IMG/VR virus record: IMGVR_UViG_3300042807_000264
Location: 1-46,131 of that record
Length of the DNA stretch: 46,131 bases
Strand: one strand, 5' to 3'
Source of the DNA: a virus
Taxonomy: Duplodnaviria; Caudoviricetes
The stretch's first letter is position 1, and every line of letters begins with the position of its first letter. The translations under genes and the position numbers were made by a program. This document shows positions 8,495 through 18,172 of the stretch, in pieces. The notes beneath the pieces are model-generated. The model was not told the origin of the DNA. It worked only from the letters and a program-made list of their open reading frames with translations, and ran no database searches.

Positions 8495-9829
8495 TTATCT
8501 CCTAATACTATTTATCAATTCCGCTATCTTATTAAGAGGTGTAGTAACTAAACTAGTTAAAAATTCTAAATCAGTAATTCTGTCGAAGTTATGTATTGTT
8601 ATATCGTTATCAACAACAGGATTCTGTTGTATTTCTTGCATCAATTTCCCAATTTCTTGTACATTAGAAGAATCATAATTACCAAACTGTGATTTGAAGC
8701 CTAGGTTTAATAATTGATCAACAGACCCTTTACCACCATGTATCACAACACTAGATCCATATAGGAACGATTTAAAAGTTTTTTCAGACAACGTACCGCA
8801 ACCACCCATAATTGGGTCCATTTCGTTACCTATATATGTTTCTGACACTAATATAAATTTATACTGGTTAAACCAATCGACTGCCGTTATAGTTGGGATA
8901 GCTGAATAAGGAGAATCCTGTAATTTCCATAGTTCATCAAATTTTAACTCTTTAGGAAAACTATATTTGTTCATAAAATTTAGTTCATCCTCATTAAAAA
9001 CGTTGTCATTAGACTGTAAACGTTTGTTAGGATGCAGTATAAAATTATTAAAACGTTTACTTTGATTTAACGCACAACTCCAGTCGCATTGTTCTAACAT
9101 TCCTATTTTATCTAAATAAGCTAAAAGCTCTAGCCTATGCTTCCTAGGTTTTAACACAGGAACAGCACAAAAATAATCATTTTTCTTTGGTTGCTGATAT
9201 ATTTCTAGAAGTAACTTATCTTTGTATTCTTTGTCAGTCACAGCATCGAGAAAGAAATTTTGCACAGATACAGAAACTAGTAACCAATGTTCAAACGGGA
9301 TAGTGTAAATATTCAAATCTTTATATTCTTTATCCAGCTGAAAAGCTGCACCAACTAAAAATAAACATTTAGGTTTTATATTATGGTTAGTTAAGAATGT
9401 AATTATATGAGGTTGGTATACTCCGTATGTGCAACAAAATTCTTCAAAATCGTTGAGCATTATAGTATGAGATTCGAATAAAAGTTTTAATCGTTTTACT
9501 GAAATAACACTTAGATAATCAACAGGAAGCTCTATTACTAGATTATCTATTTTAGGAGGATTTAATAAAAGTTCATCTAAGTCTATACCAGTTTCGCCAA
9601 ACCACTTTCCTATAGACACACCAGAAAGTTTTTGTGGCAACCGTGTGTTAATATGCTTTATTAAATTAGTGTTATTAAATCTCCACATCTTCTTTTTATA
9701 TTCATCTTCAGATAACGGAGTAACACCTGCTAGATACTCAACAAACGTTTGGCCTTGTGAGTTATGATATTGATTTTGAAACTCAGGTTCTTTAATCTTT
9801 TTTAACGATATTTTCTCAATGTGAATCAT
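8495..9829 (-). CDS. Putative glycosyltransferase-like protein (GT10/fucosyltransferase-like C-terminal motif)
   Basis: YKFILVSET...LSEKTFK...VIHG...LGF resembles the F.LA.EN...Y.TEK nucleotide-sugar-binding motif. AT-rich gene with a TAATG overlap to the terminase stop. Confidence 0.5.
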   Translation of the reverse strand: MIHIEKISLKKIKEPEFQNQYHNSQGQTFVEYLAGVTPLSEDEYKKKMWRFNNTNLIKHINTRLPQKLSGVSIGKWFGETGIDLDELLLNPPKIDNLVIELPVDYLSVISVKRLKLLFESHTIMLNDFEEFCCTYGVYQPHIITFLTNHNIKPKCLFLVGAAFQLDKEYKDLNIYTIPFEHWLLVSVSVQNFFLDAVTDKEYKDKLLLEIYQQPKKNDYFCAVPVLKPRKHRLELLAYLDKIGMLEQCDWSCALNQSKRFNNFILHPNKRLQSNDNVFNEDELNFMNKYSFPKELKFDELWKLQDSPYSAIPTITAVDWFNQYKFILVSETYIGNEMDPIMGGCGTLSEKTFKSFLYGSSVVIHGGKGSVDQLLNLGFKSQFGNYDSSNVQEIGKLMQEIQQNPVVDNDITIHNFDRITDLEFLTSLVTTPLNKIAELINSIRR

Positions 9830-11406
9830 TACAGTACCGGCATTGGAGAATCGTACTCATCCTCTTGCATAAATTCGTCTGTGCTTAAACTGTTGTTAAC
9901 TGCACCAAAGACTTCATCTTCAAACGTACTAATATAAGATATAACACGAACAGCAATTAGTAGACTCATCACTAAATCGTCGGTTTGTCCAGGTTTAGCA
10001 CTATAGCTGTTACCTCTAGCAACAAAGTTCTTAAGTTCACTTATAAGCATTTTGCTGTTAATAGTAATCTTGTCTTTTTCAATCAAACGTTTTAGTGCAA
10101 TAGCGGCTTCAACTTTACTCTTATGATTAGTATGGAAGCCTTTACGTCCTTTATAACCTTGAATGCGTTTTGGTTCATGAAGGAAGTCGCCGGGGAAGTT
10201 TTCTTCACCTGTGTCACGAATGACAACTAACGCAGCCTCACCAATTGAATTGTTTTCTACCGTCCAGTAAATTTGATGAGCGCCACGTTCTTTGATGTAC
10301 TGCATGATGTCCATCATAGTACGCATCTGTCCTTCAATAGGTGTTTTATTGTTACACCATTCTGCTACCTGAATCATTGACGGAAGTTCAACAACTTGGA
10401 TAGCAGAATTGTCTCCGCCTGTGCCGGCACTTGGATCTAGTGTAACCACATACATATTAGCTGGACTAACATGTTTATACCAACGTACTTGGCCCATACG
10501 AGAAATAGGCTCAGTGCCTTGTAAGTCTAATAGTTTGATTGCACTAATTAGTGTTTCATCATAGATAACGAATTCACATTCGTGTTCACGACGGAAACGT
10601 TCATCACCAATTCTACTACGTTCTGCATCTGCCCACACTTGATCGCGCTCAGGATGTTCGTCCCACTTAGCAAACATTGCTCTGAAACCGTTAACACCTA
10701 CTTCAGTTTCGTTGCCATAATCGTCATAGGTTTTATTTGCTGCTTTCCAAATTTCAGCAAACGTATCTTCGTCACTGCTAGGTGTGCTAGTAACAATACA
10801 CTTACCACCAGTTGATAGTGTAGGTGATAAAGCAGCCCAAAATTCTTTAGCAATAGTGTTACGCACGAACGCAAACTCGTCTAGATAAATTAGCGAGATA
10901 GACATACCACGACCAGTGTTTTCTGTAGTTGTGGTACTTACAATACGTGAACCATTATCAAAAGTAATACTACCTTTATTATATTCTGTAACACCTGCAC
11001 GGATATGATCAGGCACGTTTTCATATGCGTAACGAATACGTTGCATAATTTCACTAGCACCTGTTTGCTTGTGAGCCGCAACAAGAATAGTACTATCTGG
11101 TACAAACATAGCGTACCAAAGTAGGTAGCCGGCAGCAACAGTTGTTTTGCCCATTTGTCGTCCCAGCATGTTAATACTGTAACGATAATCGTTGTAATTT
11201 TTAATTAGCTCTAACTGATAATCAAAAGGAATAAACTTTATCGCACCTTTAGTTGGATGCTGAATCATCATGTACTTTTCCATAAAGTACCTAGGACCAG
11301 TTTGTGGATGACAACATGCTCTAAATTCTTTTAGCGTGTCGTTAGTATACGCTACTTTAGCGTATGCTGATTTAGTTAGACTACTTTCTACTGTACCTTT
11401 TGCCAT
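9829..11406 (-). CDS. gp17: Terminase large subunit, T4 gp17-like
   Basis: YQ adenine-binding motif, GRQMGKTT Walker A, IYLDEFAF Walker B, TSTP, nuclease LDPSAGTGGD, ENNSIG, DDLVMS. Confidence 0.95.
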   Translation of the reverse strand: MAKGTVESSLTKSAYAKVAYTNDTLKEFRACCHPQTGPRYFMEKYMMIQHPTKGAIKFIPFDYQLELIKNYNDYRYSINMLGRQMGKTTVAAGYLLWYAMFVPDSTILVAAHKQTGASEIMQRIRYAYENVPDHIRAGVTEYNKGSITFDNGSRIVSTTTTENTGRGMSISLIYLDEFAFVRNTIAKEFWAALSPTLSTGGKCIVTSTPSSDEDTFAEIWKAANKTYDDYGNETEVGVNGFRAMFAKWDEHPERDQVWADAERSRIGDERFRREHECEFVIYDETLISAIKLLDLQGTEPISRMGQVRWYKHVSPANMYVVTLDPSAGTGGDNSAIQVVELPSMIQVAEWCNNKTPIEGQMRTMMDIMQYIKERGAHQIYWTVENNSIGEAALVVIRDTGEENFPGDFLHEPKRIQGYKGRKGFHTNHKSKVEAAIALKRLIEKDKITINSKMLISELKNFVARGNSYSAKPGQTDDLVMSLLIAVRVISYISTFEDEVFGAVNNSLSTDEFMQEDEYDSPMPVL

Positions 11407-11420
11407 ATTAGTATTTATCG

Positions 11421-11447
11421 AAAAAAAAGCCCGCCGGAGCGGGCTTT
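11421..11447 (-). terminator. Intrinsic terminator
   Basis: AAAGCCCGC-N4-GCGGGC hairpin with a T8 tail on the minus strand. Confidence 0.8.
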
Positions 11448-11473
11448 CTGAACTCCAAAAGAGTTTAAGTTAA

Positions 11474-12784
11474 TTATGCCAACCTTTTTTGTAACTTATC
11501 ACGTAAAACATTAATTAGTGTCTGTTTGTCTGTGCTATATTTTACGTCTGCTGGTTCTTCGTCTTCACAACCACATGGCTCTTCAGCTGGTGCTTCTGGA
11601 GCATGTGGCGCAAGAGCTACTGCAACGTCTTGCATACTTGGCTCTTGTTTTCCCCCATCACTATCGTAATCAATGCCTGCTAGCTTTAGAATACGATGCA
11701 ATTCTTCCATATCTTTTGCTGATGCGTTGATGTTTAATGTAGCATCACCCATCTGCTTACTTTGATTAAAACTCACAGTAGTTGTTTCTTGAGGTCCTAC
11801 TGCGCCTGGCATTGTTTCGGGCCCTGGAGCGTAGTAGCCTTCTTCAACAGGCTCTTCTTCTGGTGCTGGTAATGCTTCGACACTTCCGACAATGCTGTCA
11901 TAGTCGTCCATGCTTAATGGACCGTCTTTTGACAATGCAATCATACGCTCTGCTACGTCATGTAAATCCATATCTTCGTGTGCATCTTCTCTAGCATATT
12001 CCATCATACGTAGTAACAGTGGAACGTCCATTGTTACTGTATCTACTTTATCTTCGCCGTCTGCTTCTTCAACATCTTCTTTCTTCATGCGATTGTTCCA
12101 CGCATGTTGTTTAATTATTTTGCGGATTTCGTCTGTGTTAGATGTGTTTTTATTGGCATGCTTACCAATAACTGCATCTACAGACATGCCAGAATCGAGA
12201 TCTTTCTTAATCTGTTTTACGTTTAACGCTTCATCAACACTTTCCATGTGATCAAAGTGACCTGCTTCTAAATCTTGAATTACTTGTTTGGTCCAAATGC
12301 TAACATCGCTTGAACCGATTTCGTCTAAGCCGTCGCTGCCTGCAAAATCTGCAACATCATCAATAGCTGCCATAACCTTTACAGGACCGTACTTGCCGAG
12401 TAAGTCTGTATGCTGCATCATAATGCGGCGTGTAATTGCGCCTGCTACTGCATCAATGCTATCTTGATCTTCTGTGACGCTTTCTTGTTTTTGCGTTTGC
12501 TTCATTAGCTGAACAAATTTTGTTCTTAACTGCGGGTCTGATAAAATTTTTGTTAGTGCATCTGCATAAGGATCTAGCGCCTTTGCAAGTCCAGGTGTTA
12601 GTGTTTTGCCTTGACCTAGCGTACCAAGTGCTTTTGCTACTGCTGAGCCAGATTGGCCAGTTACGCCTCTTATTGTATTAGCACCTGCGGCTGCTGCCGC
12701 TGAACCTGGTTTTGGTGCAGGATTCATGCCAGTTTCTGGCGAAGGTGTCAAACTAGATAATTCAAAAATGTTAGACAATCTCAT
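11474..12784 (-). CDS. Acidic modular putative internal head protein
   Basis: N-terminus MRLSNIFE; segments separated by ESVTE, ESVDE, DVEE and PVEEG motifs that resemble prohead protease sites. Confidence 0.55.
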   Translation of the reverse strand: MRLSNIFELSSLTPSPETGMNPAPKPGSAAAAAGANTIRGVTGQSGSAVAKALGTLGQGKTLTPGLAKALDPYADALTKILSDPQLRTKFVQLMKQTQKQESVTEDQDSIDAVAGAITRRIMMQHTDLLGKYGPVKVMAAIDDVADFAGSDGLDEIGSSDVSIWTKQVIQDLEAGHFDHMESVDEALNVKQIKKDLDSGMSVDAVIGKHANKNTSNTDEIRKIIKQHAWNNRMKKEDVEEADGEDKVDTVTMDVPLLLRMMEYAREDAHEDMDLHDVAERMIALSKDGPLSMDDYDSIVGSVEALPAPEEEPVEEGYYAPGPETMPGAVGPQETTTVSFNQSKQMGDATLNINASAKDMEELHRILKLAGIDYDSDGGKQEPSMQDVAVALAPHAPEAPAEEPCGCEDEEPADVKYSTDKQTLINVLRDKLQKRLA

Positions 12785-12786
12785 GT

Positions 12787-13476
12787 TTAGTTCCTTCTAG
12801 CACTTTGACTAATAACGTCAACTTCTTTGTTTTCTACACCTCTACCCATGTTTGCCTGACCATGTAGTGTATCCCACATCGGCTTTAAGTTGTCGCCCAT
12901 AATTTCATCTTTGGTTGGATAATTCTTGAAATAGTCTGCGCCTTTTTCAGCTTTGATTTTTGCTAGGGTGTCTAAAAACTTTTTATTATACTCTTCACCG
13001 AAGTACACTACATCTTCAATGCCTTCATTTTGCATTTCATAGTGTGATTGATCTTCTTTACCTAGTACGCTATCATCTTCTGTAACAGTACGATCTTTAT
13101 TATATTCAGTGCGTTCAGCCGCATTGTCTGCTTCTAGCTTGCGAGGATCTTTAACATTATAGCATAATACTCTATCGTGATCTAAACCTAAGTGTACTGC
13201 TAACCATACTTCTAAAATTCTTTCATGCACAGGATATTTTAATACTACGTCAGTACTGCATACTTCGCTAATTAATTTAACGCCTTTTGCACGAACAAAC
13301 TCCATTGGGTTTTCTTGAATTGGGGTACGCTTAAAAGACGCTACACTAACAACATTATATTTTGCTAGACAGCCTTCAATAATATCCAAATGCTCTGGCT
13401 TACAATCAGCCGCAATTTTTACCCTAAATGAGTATTCTTTCTTGAAACTTTCAGTAATAAAATCTCGTAGTTGCAT
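12787..13476 (-). CDS. Hypothetical late protein, possible head component
   Basis: MQLRDFITES N-terminus; AGGAG Shine-Dalgarno and GATAAATA at 13499-13506. Confidence 0.65.
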   Translation of the reverse strand: MQLRDFITESFKKEYSFRVKIAADCKPEHLDIIEGCLAKYNVVSVASFKRTPIQENPMEFVRAKGVKLISEVCSTDVVLKYPVHERILEVWLAVHLGLDHDRVLCYNVKDPRKLEADNAAERTEYNKDRTVTEDDSVLGKEDQSHYEMQNEGIEDVVYFGEEYNKKFLDTLAKIKAEKGADYFKNYPTKDEIMGDNLKPMWDTLHGQANMGRGVENKEVDVISQSARRN

Positions 13477-13517
13477 GGTTTAAATCTCCTGTTACAACTA
13501 TTTATCATCTGATATAA

Positions 13518-13541
13518 GAAAAGGGCCCGAAGGCCCTTTTC
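13518..13541 (-). terminator. Intrinsic terminator with a C(UUCG)G tetraloop
   Basis: Minus strand GAAAAGGGCC-TTCG-GGCCCTTTTC. Confidence 0.85.
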
Positions 13542-13564
13542 AAATTTCTTAACTTAACTTTAAA

Positions 13565-13912
13565 TTAAGCTACAGTTAGGCTTGTGCCTAGTGTTACAGT
13601 TGCTGAAGCAAAGCTATAACCGTTTACGTCATCTGTACCGATGCCACGGATCTGTGCCTGTAGTGAAGCTGCATCAAATGTTGCACTGTCAACTACAGCA
13701 TGGATTTCACCTGATGTATCATTCTTTACATGATATACTAGTGGTTGAATAAACTGTAGAGCACGCTCTACTGCTTCACGTGTTGCATCGTCTTCTGTTG
13801 CAAGACTTGCACCAGTATCAACTTTGATTACTTTTAAACTTGATTTTGCTACTACGCCTACTGAAGTTAAAAACTCGCTTACGCCTGCGCCGTTACCTTT
13901 GGTCTGTGCCAT
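13565..13912 (-). CDS. Small putative virion structural protein
   Basis: Monocistronic unit with late motif, AGGAG Shine-Dalgarno and terminator; Ala/Thr/Val/Ser-rich. Confidence 0.6.
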   Translation of the reverse strand: MAQTKGNGAGVSEFLTSVGVVAKSSLKVIKVDTGASLATEDDATREAVERALQFIQPLVYHVKNDTSGEIHAVVDSATFDAASLQAQIRGIGTDDVNGYSFASATVTLGTSLTVA

Positions 13913-13982
13913 TTTGTTCTCCTGATATTTTAAGCCTCTTGGCTATGCACTTATTTATCATTTGATATATACTTATATATAA

Positions 13983-14006
13983 GAAAAGGACCCGAAGGTC
14001 CTTTTC
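13983..14006 (-). terminator. Intrinsic terminator with a C(UUCG)G tetraloop
   Basis: Minus strand GAAAAGGACC-TTCG-GGTCCTTTTC, nearly identical to 13518-13541. Confidence 0.85.
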
Positions 14007-14030
14007 CATGTTACATATATGTATAAAATA

Positions 14031-14474
14031 TCAACCGTCTGTATCGTCGTCTGTGATACGTCCGATTGTTACTAATACTGCGGCACCACCTAATGCTTCT
14101 CTAACAGCATCCTGTAATGCTACTACTGTTTCGCCTTCGCTCTGGAACGTCTGACCTGGGCCATAAGGAATGCTAGAATCTCTTACAATGATAGTGACAT
14201 TGTAACTGTCGCTGGAACCACCAACTTGGAATATTTCGCAGTACTGCTGAATTGCACGTACAGCAAGGTATACATCACTGCCGGGTGAAGCAAAGTCACT
14301 GTCTGGATTGTAGTTGTCTGCGTCTGCGTCATTTGGGCACCATACACTACTTCCGTTGGGCATTGTTACGCCGTCAGTGTTAAGAACAATTGATGTTAGT
14401 TGCGGTGTACCAAAAGTTGAGCTTGGTACTATTCTGCGAGCGTTTGACCCGAGACTAGAATATAGATCTGCCAT
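14031..14474 (-). CDS. Small putative virion structural protein, probable distant paralog of 13565-13912
   Basis: Same cassette layout (late motif, leader hairpin, AGGAG, UUCG terminator). Confidence 0.6.
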   Translation of the reverse strand: MADLYSSLGSNARRIVPSSTFGTPQLTSIVLNTDGVTMPNGSSVWCPNDADADNYNPDSDFASPGSDVYLAVRAIQQYCEIFQVGGSSDSYNVTIIVRDSSIPYGPGQTFQSEGETVVALQDAVREALGGAAVLVTIGRITDDDTDG

Positions 14475-14520
14475 AAAATTCTCCTAATTTTTGTCAAGCC
14501 TAGTGGGCTATATTATGCAG

Positions 14521-15015
14521 TTATTTATCGCTTTTACCCAGCATCTTTAACAGTTCATTACGGTCAAATGTGTTAGAACTAATTTCCTCTGCATCACTGT
14601 CGCCTATCTTTTTAGCAGTTTGATCTACTCGCGCTTTTTTAAGCATCAAGTCCACTTGTTTAAGTTTACGATTAACTTTGCTATCTTTAGCTTCTAGTGC
14701 AATTTTAAGCATGTTAGCGGCGTTGTTAAACACTTGCCCTGCTGCCATATCTGTCATATTCATACCTAAGCTCATTAGTTGTTGATAGCTCTGCATGGCT
14801 TCTACTGCAATAGCATCCATCTCACTATCATGTACTTCCATACCACGTACTTCAGCTAAGGCGTTGTCTATTTTTTCACTGATACTAATTGCTTCTTGTA
14901 CTTCATCGATAGTTGCTACAGCATTAAACGCTTCGTCATTAGAATTTTCCTGCGCTTCAGGTAATACATCTTCAATAGGAGGCAAGCCAAATTCTTCTTC
15001 AAGTTTTTTAGTCAT
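14521..15015 (-). CDS. Helical hypothetical protein, candidate terminase small subunit
   Basis: 164 aa, coiled-coil-like, acidic N-terminus, C-terminal DRNELLKML; located near the head completion and terminase genes. The function is inference only. Confidence 0.45.
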   Translation of the reverse strand: MTKKLEEEFGLPPIEDVLPEAQENSNDEAFNAVATIDEVQEAISISEKIDNALAEVRGMEVHDSEMDAIAVEAMQSYQQLMSLGMNMTDMAAGQVFNNAANMLKIALEAKDSKVNRKLKQVDLMLKKARVDQTAKKIGDSDAEEISSNTFDRNELLKMLGKSDK

Positions 15016-15181
15016 TGTGCTTTTCCTCTGTTATTTTTCCCATAGCCATTTCGTAATATGGATCGTCAGGAGATAGTATAGTTTCAGGAGCAGTATTGTC
15101 TGCTCTAATACCTATGTCACTGTTCCATGCTTCGCCTGAATCAGGTAGAGTATAGTTTGTGAAGTATCTTCGTTGTTCCAT
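15008..15181 (-). CDS. 57-aa hypothetical protein (not in the ORF track)
   Basis: MEQRRYFTNYTLPDSGEAWNSDIGIRADNTAPETILSPDDPYYEMAMGKITEEKHND*. Preceded by AATAAGTA-N5-ATG and overlaps the next start. Confidence 0.6.
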   Translation of the reverse strand: MEQRRYFTNYTLPDSGEAWNSDIGIRADNTAPETILSPDDPYYEMAMGKITEEKHND

Positions 15182-15192
15182 ACTACTACTTA

Positions 15193-15660
15193 TTAGCTTT
15201 TCTTTTTGGCTACTCTGCTTTTAGGTGTTCGTTTTTTATTAGTCTGAAATATTTGGTCTTCGTTTAACACTCGGAATCGTATGCCTTTGCGTTGACACCA
15301 TTCTTGTGCGGCTGTCCATTTAGCAGAATTTACTACTGTTGCTGCACGGTTACTTGCAGTCTTAGCACTTTCTAATGTAGTTTGATTTTTAGGTTTAATT
15401 TCTATTAATTCAACATGAGTAGTACCGCCCTTATCCATATATTGAATCATAAAGTCAGGAACATAGTTTGACCATTTATTAGTGAGGGGATTCAAATAAG
15501 GTATCTTAACACTTTCATTTGCCCATTTTAATATATTAGGATGCTGATCGCACATACGCATAAATGCCAATTCCCAACTACTTCGGTAGTAAGGAACATT
15601 TTGCCCTACATATTTTTGAGGGTTTTGTACTGTATAAACTGCTTGTGCAAATCTACTCAT
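15193..15660 (-). CDS. gp4: Head completion nuclease, T4 gp4-like (TnsA-like PD-(D/E)XK)
   Basis: NPQKYVG, YRSSWE, W.NE...IPY, YVPDF, IEIKP, N.AKW.AA motifs. Confidence 0.9.
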   Translation of the reverse strand: MSRFAQAVYTVQNPQKYVGQNVPYYRSSWELAFMRMCDQHPNILKWANESVKIPYLNPLTNKWSNYVPDFMIQYMDKGGTTHVELIEIKPKNQTTLESAKTASNRAATVVNSAKWTAAQEWCQRKGIRFRVLNEDQIFQTNKKRTPKSRVAKKKS

Positions 15661-16097
15661 TACGGTTGAATTAACTGTCTAAATTTTGTAGCAGAGTTGT
15701 TTAATGGGCGGACTAAATTGACTCTATTTCCTACCGGACGTAGTGCATTAATTGCATTATAAGTGTCTACTGTTAGCTTTAAAGTATTACTGTTAACTTC
15801 AAAGTAATCTAACACATTTACACGCTCTGCGGCTGCTACACGAATAAGTACATCCGCCATTGCTTTAGCATTTGCTTCTTTGAATCCAGACTTTATTAAA
15901 CGCTGTTGTACCTGTTCTAATAAAGTAGGGTTAATTGAATCATCCTTATCTTTAAAGAGTGATGCTAATATGCTTGTACTTGCTTCAGGTAGCGGAAATT
16001 TTACTGTAGCATTTTCTAAATATGCTACAAGTGTGTTTTGAGTAATCTGATATTTTACCTCATTTCCAAAGGTATCGTATAAACTAGTAGAAGACAT
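15660..16097 (-). CDS. Hypothetical protein
   Basis: 145-aa ORF coupled by TAATG overlaps on both sides. Confidence 0.7.
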   Translation of the reverse strand: MSSTSLYDTFGNEVKYQITQNTLVAYLENATVKFPLPEASTSILASLFKDKDDSINPTLLEQVQQRLIKSGFKEANAKAMADVLIRVAAAERVNVLDYFEVNSNTLKLTVDTYNAINALRPVGNRVNLVRPLNNSATKFRQLIQP

Positions 16098-17332
16098 TAT
16101 GAAGATCCTTCTGGCTTAACTGCTGGTTTTTCAGAAGTACTTGCAGACGATGTTTCAGCTTCGGAAGTGGGTTGTTGTCTAGTTCCTCGAACAGGAGGTC
16201 TAATGGTATTCACTATACCCTGTGTGATGCCTCCCACAGCGGTATTAATTACTGCATTTTTAATACTAGTTCCATGAATGGCTGCACTTAGTGCGTTATC
16301 TGCAATGTTACTTAAAAGACCGCCAATAAAACTTTTATCTTTTTCTGCTGGACTAGCAATTTTAGCTCGCTCTCCATAAACACTTGGCGGTGCCTTGGGG
16401 GCCGATACAACAATTTCAGCTGAAGCTTCTGGTTGTTGCTGAAATGATCTTGCATATTTTTCCGCGTTTTTATACCCGGATAACATTTCTAATTGTCGTT
16501 CTTGTAGGAGAACAGGAACATTAAATGGTACGAACGCTGGTCCTTTAAAATCCTTAGCATTTTCAAATCTAGCAATATCAAAATCACTTAAACCAAAATT
16601 GACTTGCTCTGATATTGTGAATGACTCGTATTCAAAAGTCATGTCAAATTCCATTACATCTGAGCTAGCGTAGTCAATTTCACCTGTTCTGAATCTAGTG
16701 AGAACAGGATTTATTAAACTATATTGAACACCTTTATTGCCGTGGTAAAGAACATAGTCAATTCGTTCAAAGAAATTAGCCAATTCATTTAAATTATATC
16801 CATATGCGTTACTATTCCAATTCGTATTGTCGCTTGATGCGCCAAATTTGGATCCTTCGTATTGCTGGTTAGTTTTAGATTGTCTAGGGTCGTTGCCTAC
16901 TTCGCGTTCGTCACCAAACTGTTTGTTTCTAGGATTCATGTAGTGATAGCTAAAATATTTCATAAACATTGTTAGCCATTCATTATTAATAGTATCAAAT
17001 ACTTTAATATCTACCGGTTGGTATTCTACCCCAGTATTAACAATACGTTTTCTGTTATATGAATTTTTAGTTTCAGTTTTAAATTCAACTTCAGGTAATG
17101 TAGCACTTCTAACTAAACTACCTAAACGAAGTCTAAATGTTGAGTTTACTTCATTGCCGTAAAGAGTCGAACCGTATAATTCACGGTTGACAACAAAACT
17201 TACATAACCTTGAAATTTTTGGCGGGGAGGATTTTGATCTGGACGAAAAGTATAAGCATTGCGGAAGTCACGTGCATAAAAATTATTTCCACCCGGGCCA
17301 AAGATATCTAAGATTTTTCCGATAATACTCAT
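16097..17332 (-). CDS. Tail-tube-fold baseplate/tube initiator protein (gp19/gp54-like)
   Basis: LP.VEF.TET.NSYNRKR.V.TG..YQPV.I.VFD and DYASSD.MEF.MTF.YE parallel the neighbouring tube protein. The start codon is uncertain (ATG 17332 versus TTG 17347). Confidence 0.65.
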   Translation of the reverse strand: MSIIGKILDIFGPGGNNFYARDFRNAYTFRPDQNPPRQKFQGYVSFVVNRELYGSTLYGNEVNSTFRLRLGSLVRSATLPEVEFKTETKNSYNRKRIVNTGVEYQPVDIKVFDTINNEWLTMFMKYFSYHYMNPRNKQFGDEREVGNDPRQSKTNQQYEGSKFGASSDNTNWNSNAYGYNLNELANFFERIDYVLYHGNKGVQYSLINPVLTRFRTGEIDYASSDVMEFDMTFEYESFTISEQVNFGLSDFDIARFENAKDFKGPAFVPFNVPVLLQERQLEMLSGYKNAEKYARSFQQQPEASAEIVVSAPKAPPSVYGERAKIASPAEKDKSFIGGLLSNIADNALSAAIHGTSIKNAVINTAVGGITQGIVNTIRPPVRGTRQQPTSEAETSSASTSEKPAVKPEGSS

Positions 17333-17351
17333 GCACTTAATTCCCAAAATA

Positions 17352-17388
17352 AGAAATAAATTGTAGCTGGCATTCCTGCCAGCTACAA
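17352..17388 (-). terminator. Intrinsic terminator after the tail tube gene
   Basis: 12-bp stem TTGTAGCTGGCA/TGCCAGCTACAA followed by TTTATTTCTT on the minus strand. Confidence 0.7.
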
Positions 17389-17398
17389 TAATATTTCA

Positions 17399-18037
17399 TT
17401 AAGCGTTTGTGCCTAGCTCGTTTAGACCAACAGTATCTGGGAATGGATTACCACCGCTTGTTCTACCGTTGACATCATTGTCACCTTGGTAGTGCGTTGC
17501 GTTATCATAACGAACTTGCATTGTTACTGTTACTGGTTCATTTGTGCTGTAATCACTGTCGCTGTAGTCAACGTTAGTTAAGAAGCAGCCTTCTAAGTAC
17601 CAAACTTCACTTGCGCCAGCATTAACACCATCAAGAATTTCAATTTGCATATCAAACTTATAGTCTGAACCTGCTGCTGGTGTTGACTGTTGGAAGTGGT
17701 TTACCTGACGCTGAATCTGTGAACCAACTAGCTTAGTTACGCTGTTAGTGATATCGTCACGTACAACAACTGAGATCTGTTCCCAACTGTGCTTGCCCTG
17801 TAAATACATTCTTGAGTTGTAACTGTCAATTGTTACTTCTTCGTATGTAATCTTTGGGCGGCTAACGTTCTGTACGTTTTGTGTTAGTACTCTTGATTCA
17901 GCTTCGCCACCGAAACCTCCTAAGAAGCTAACACGGAAACGGTACTTTAGCTTAGGCATTAAAATGCCTGAACCTGTGTTACCGGTAACAGGAACACCAA
18001 ACTTTGATCTGGTTTCTGTTGTATTAATATTTGCCAT
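17399..18037 (-). CDS. gp19: Tail tube protein, T4 gp19-like
   Basis: PKLKYRFRV, GKHSW, WYLEGCF, Y...EPVTVTMQVRYD; directly downstream of the sheath gene; late motif at 18076-18083. Confidence 0.85.
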   Translation of the reverse strand: MANINTTETRSKFGVPVTGNTGSGILMPKLKYRFRVSFLGGFGGEAESRVLTQNVQNVSRPKITYEEVTIDSYNSRMYLQGKHSWEQISVVVRDDITNSVTKLVGSQIQRQVNHFQQSTPAAGSDYKFDMQIEILDGVNAGASEVWYLEGCFLTNVDYSDSDYSTNEPVTVTMQVRYDNATHYQGDNDVNGRTSGGNPFPDTVGLNELGTNA

Positions 18038-18123
18038 CTTGTTCTCCTACGAACGGTTAGTTCTTTCTATGTAAATATTTATCATATAAATGGAAAAAAC
18101 ATTAACTCTTGTTTTAATTTGAC

Positions 18124-18151
18124 AAAAAAAGGGGCATTGCTGCCCCTTTTT
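18124..18151 (-). terminator. Intrinsic terminator after the sheath gene
   Basis: Minus strand GGGGCA-GCAA-TGCCCC followed by T7. Confidence 0.8.
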
Positions 18152-18172
18152 CTGTTTGGTAAGGAACCAACC

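Noticed and set aside
15193-15660. Tn7 TnsA transposase / mobile element
   Set aside because: The motifs and context match T4 gp4 head completion protein; no other tns genes or terminal repeats are present.
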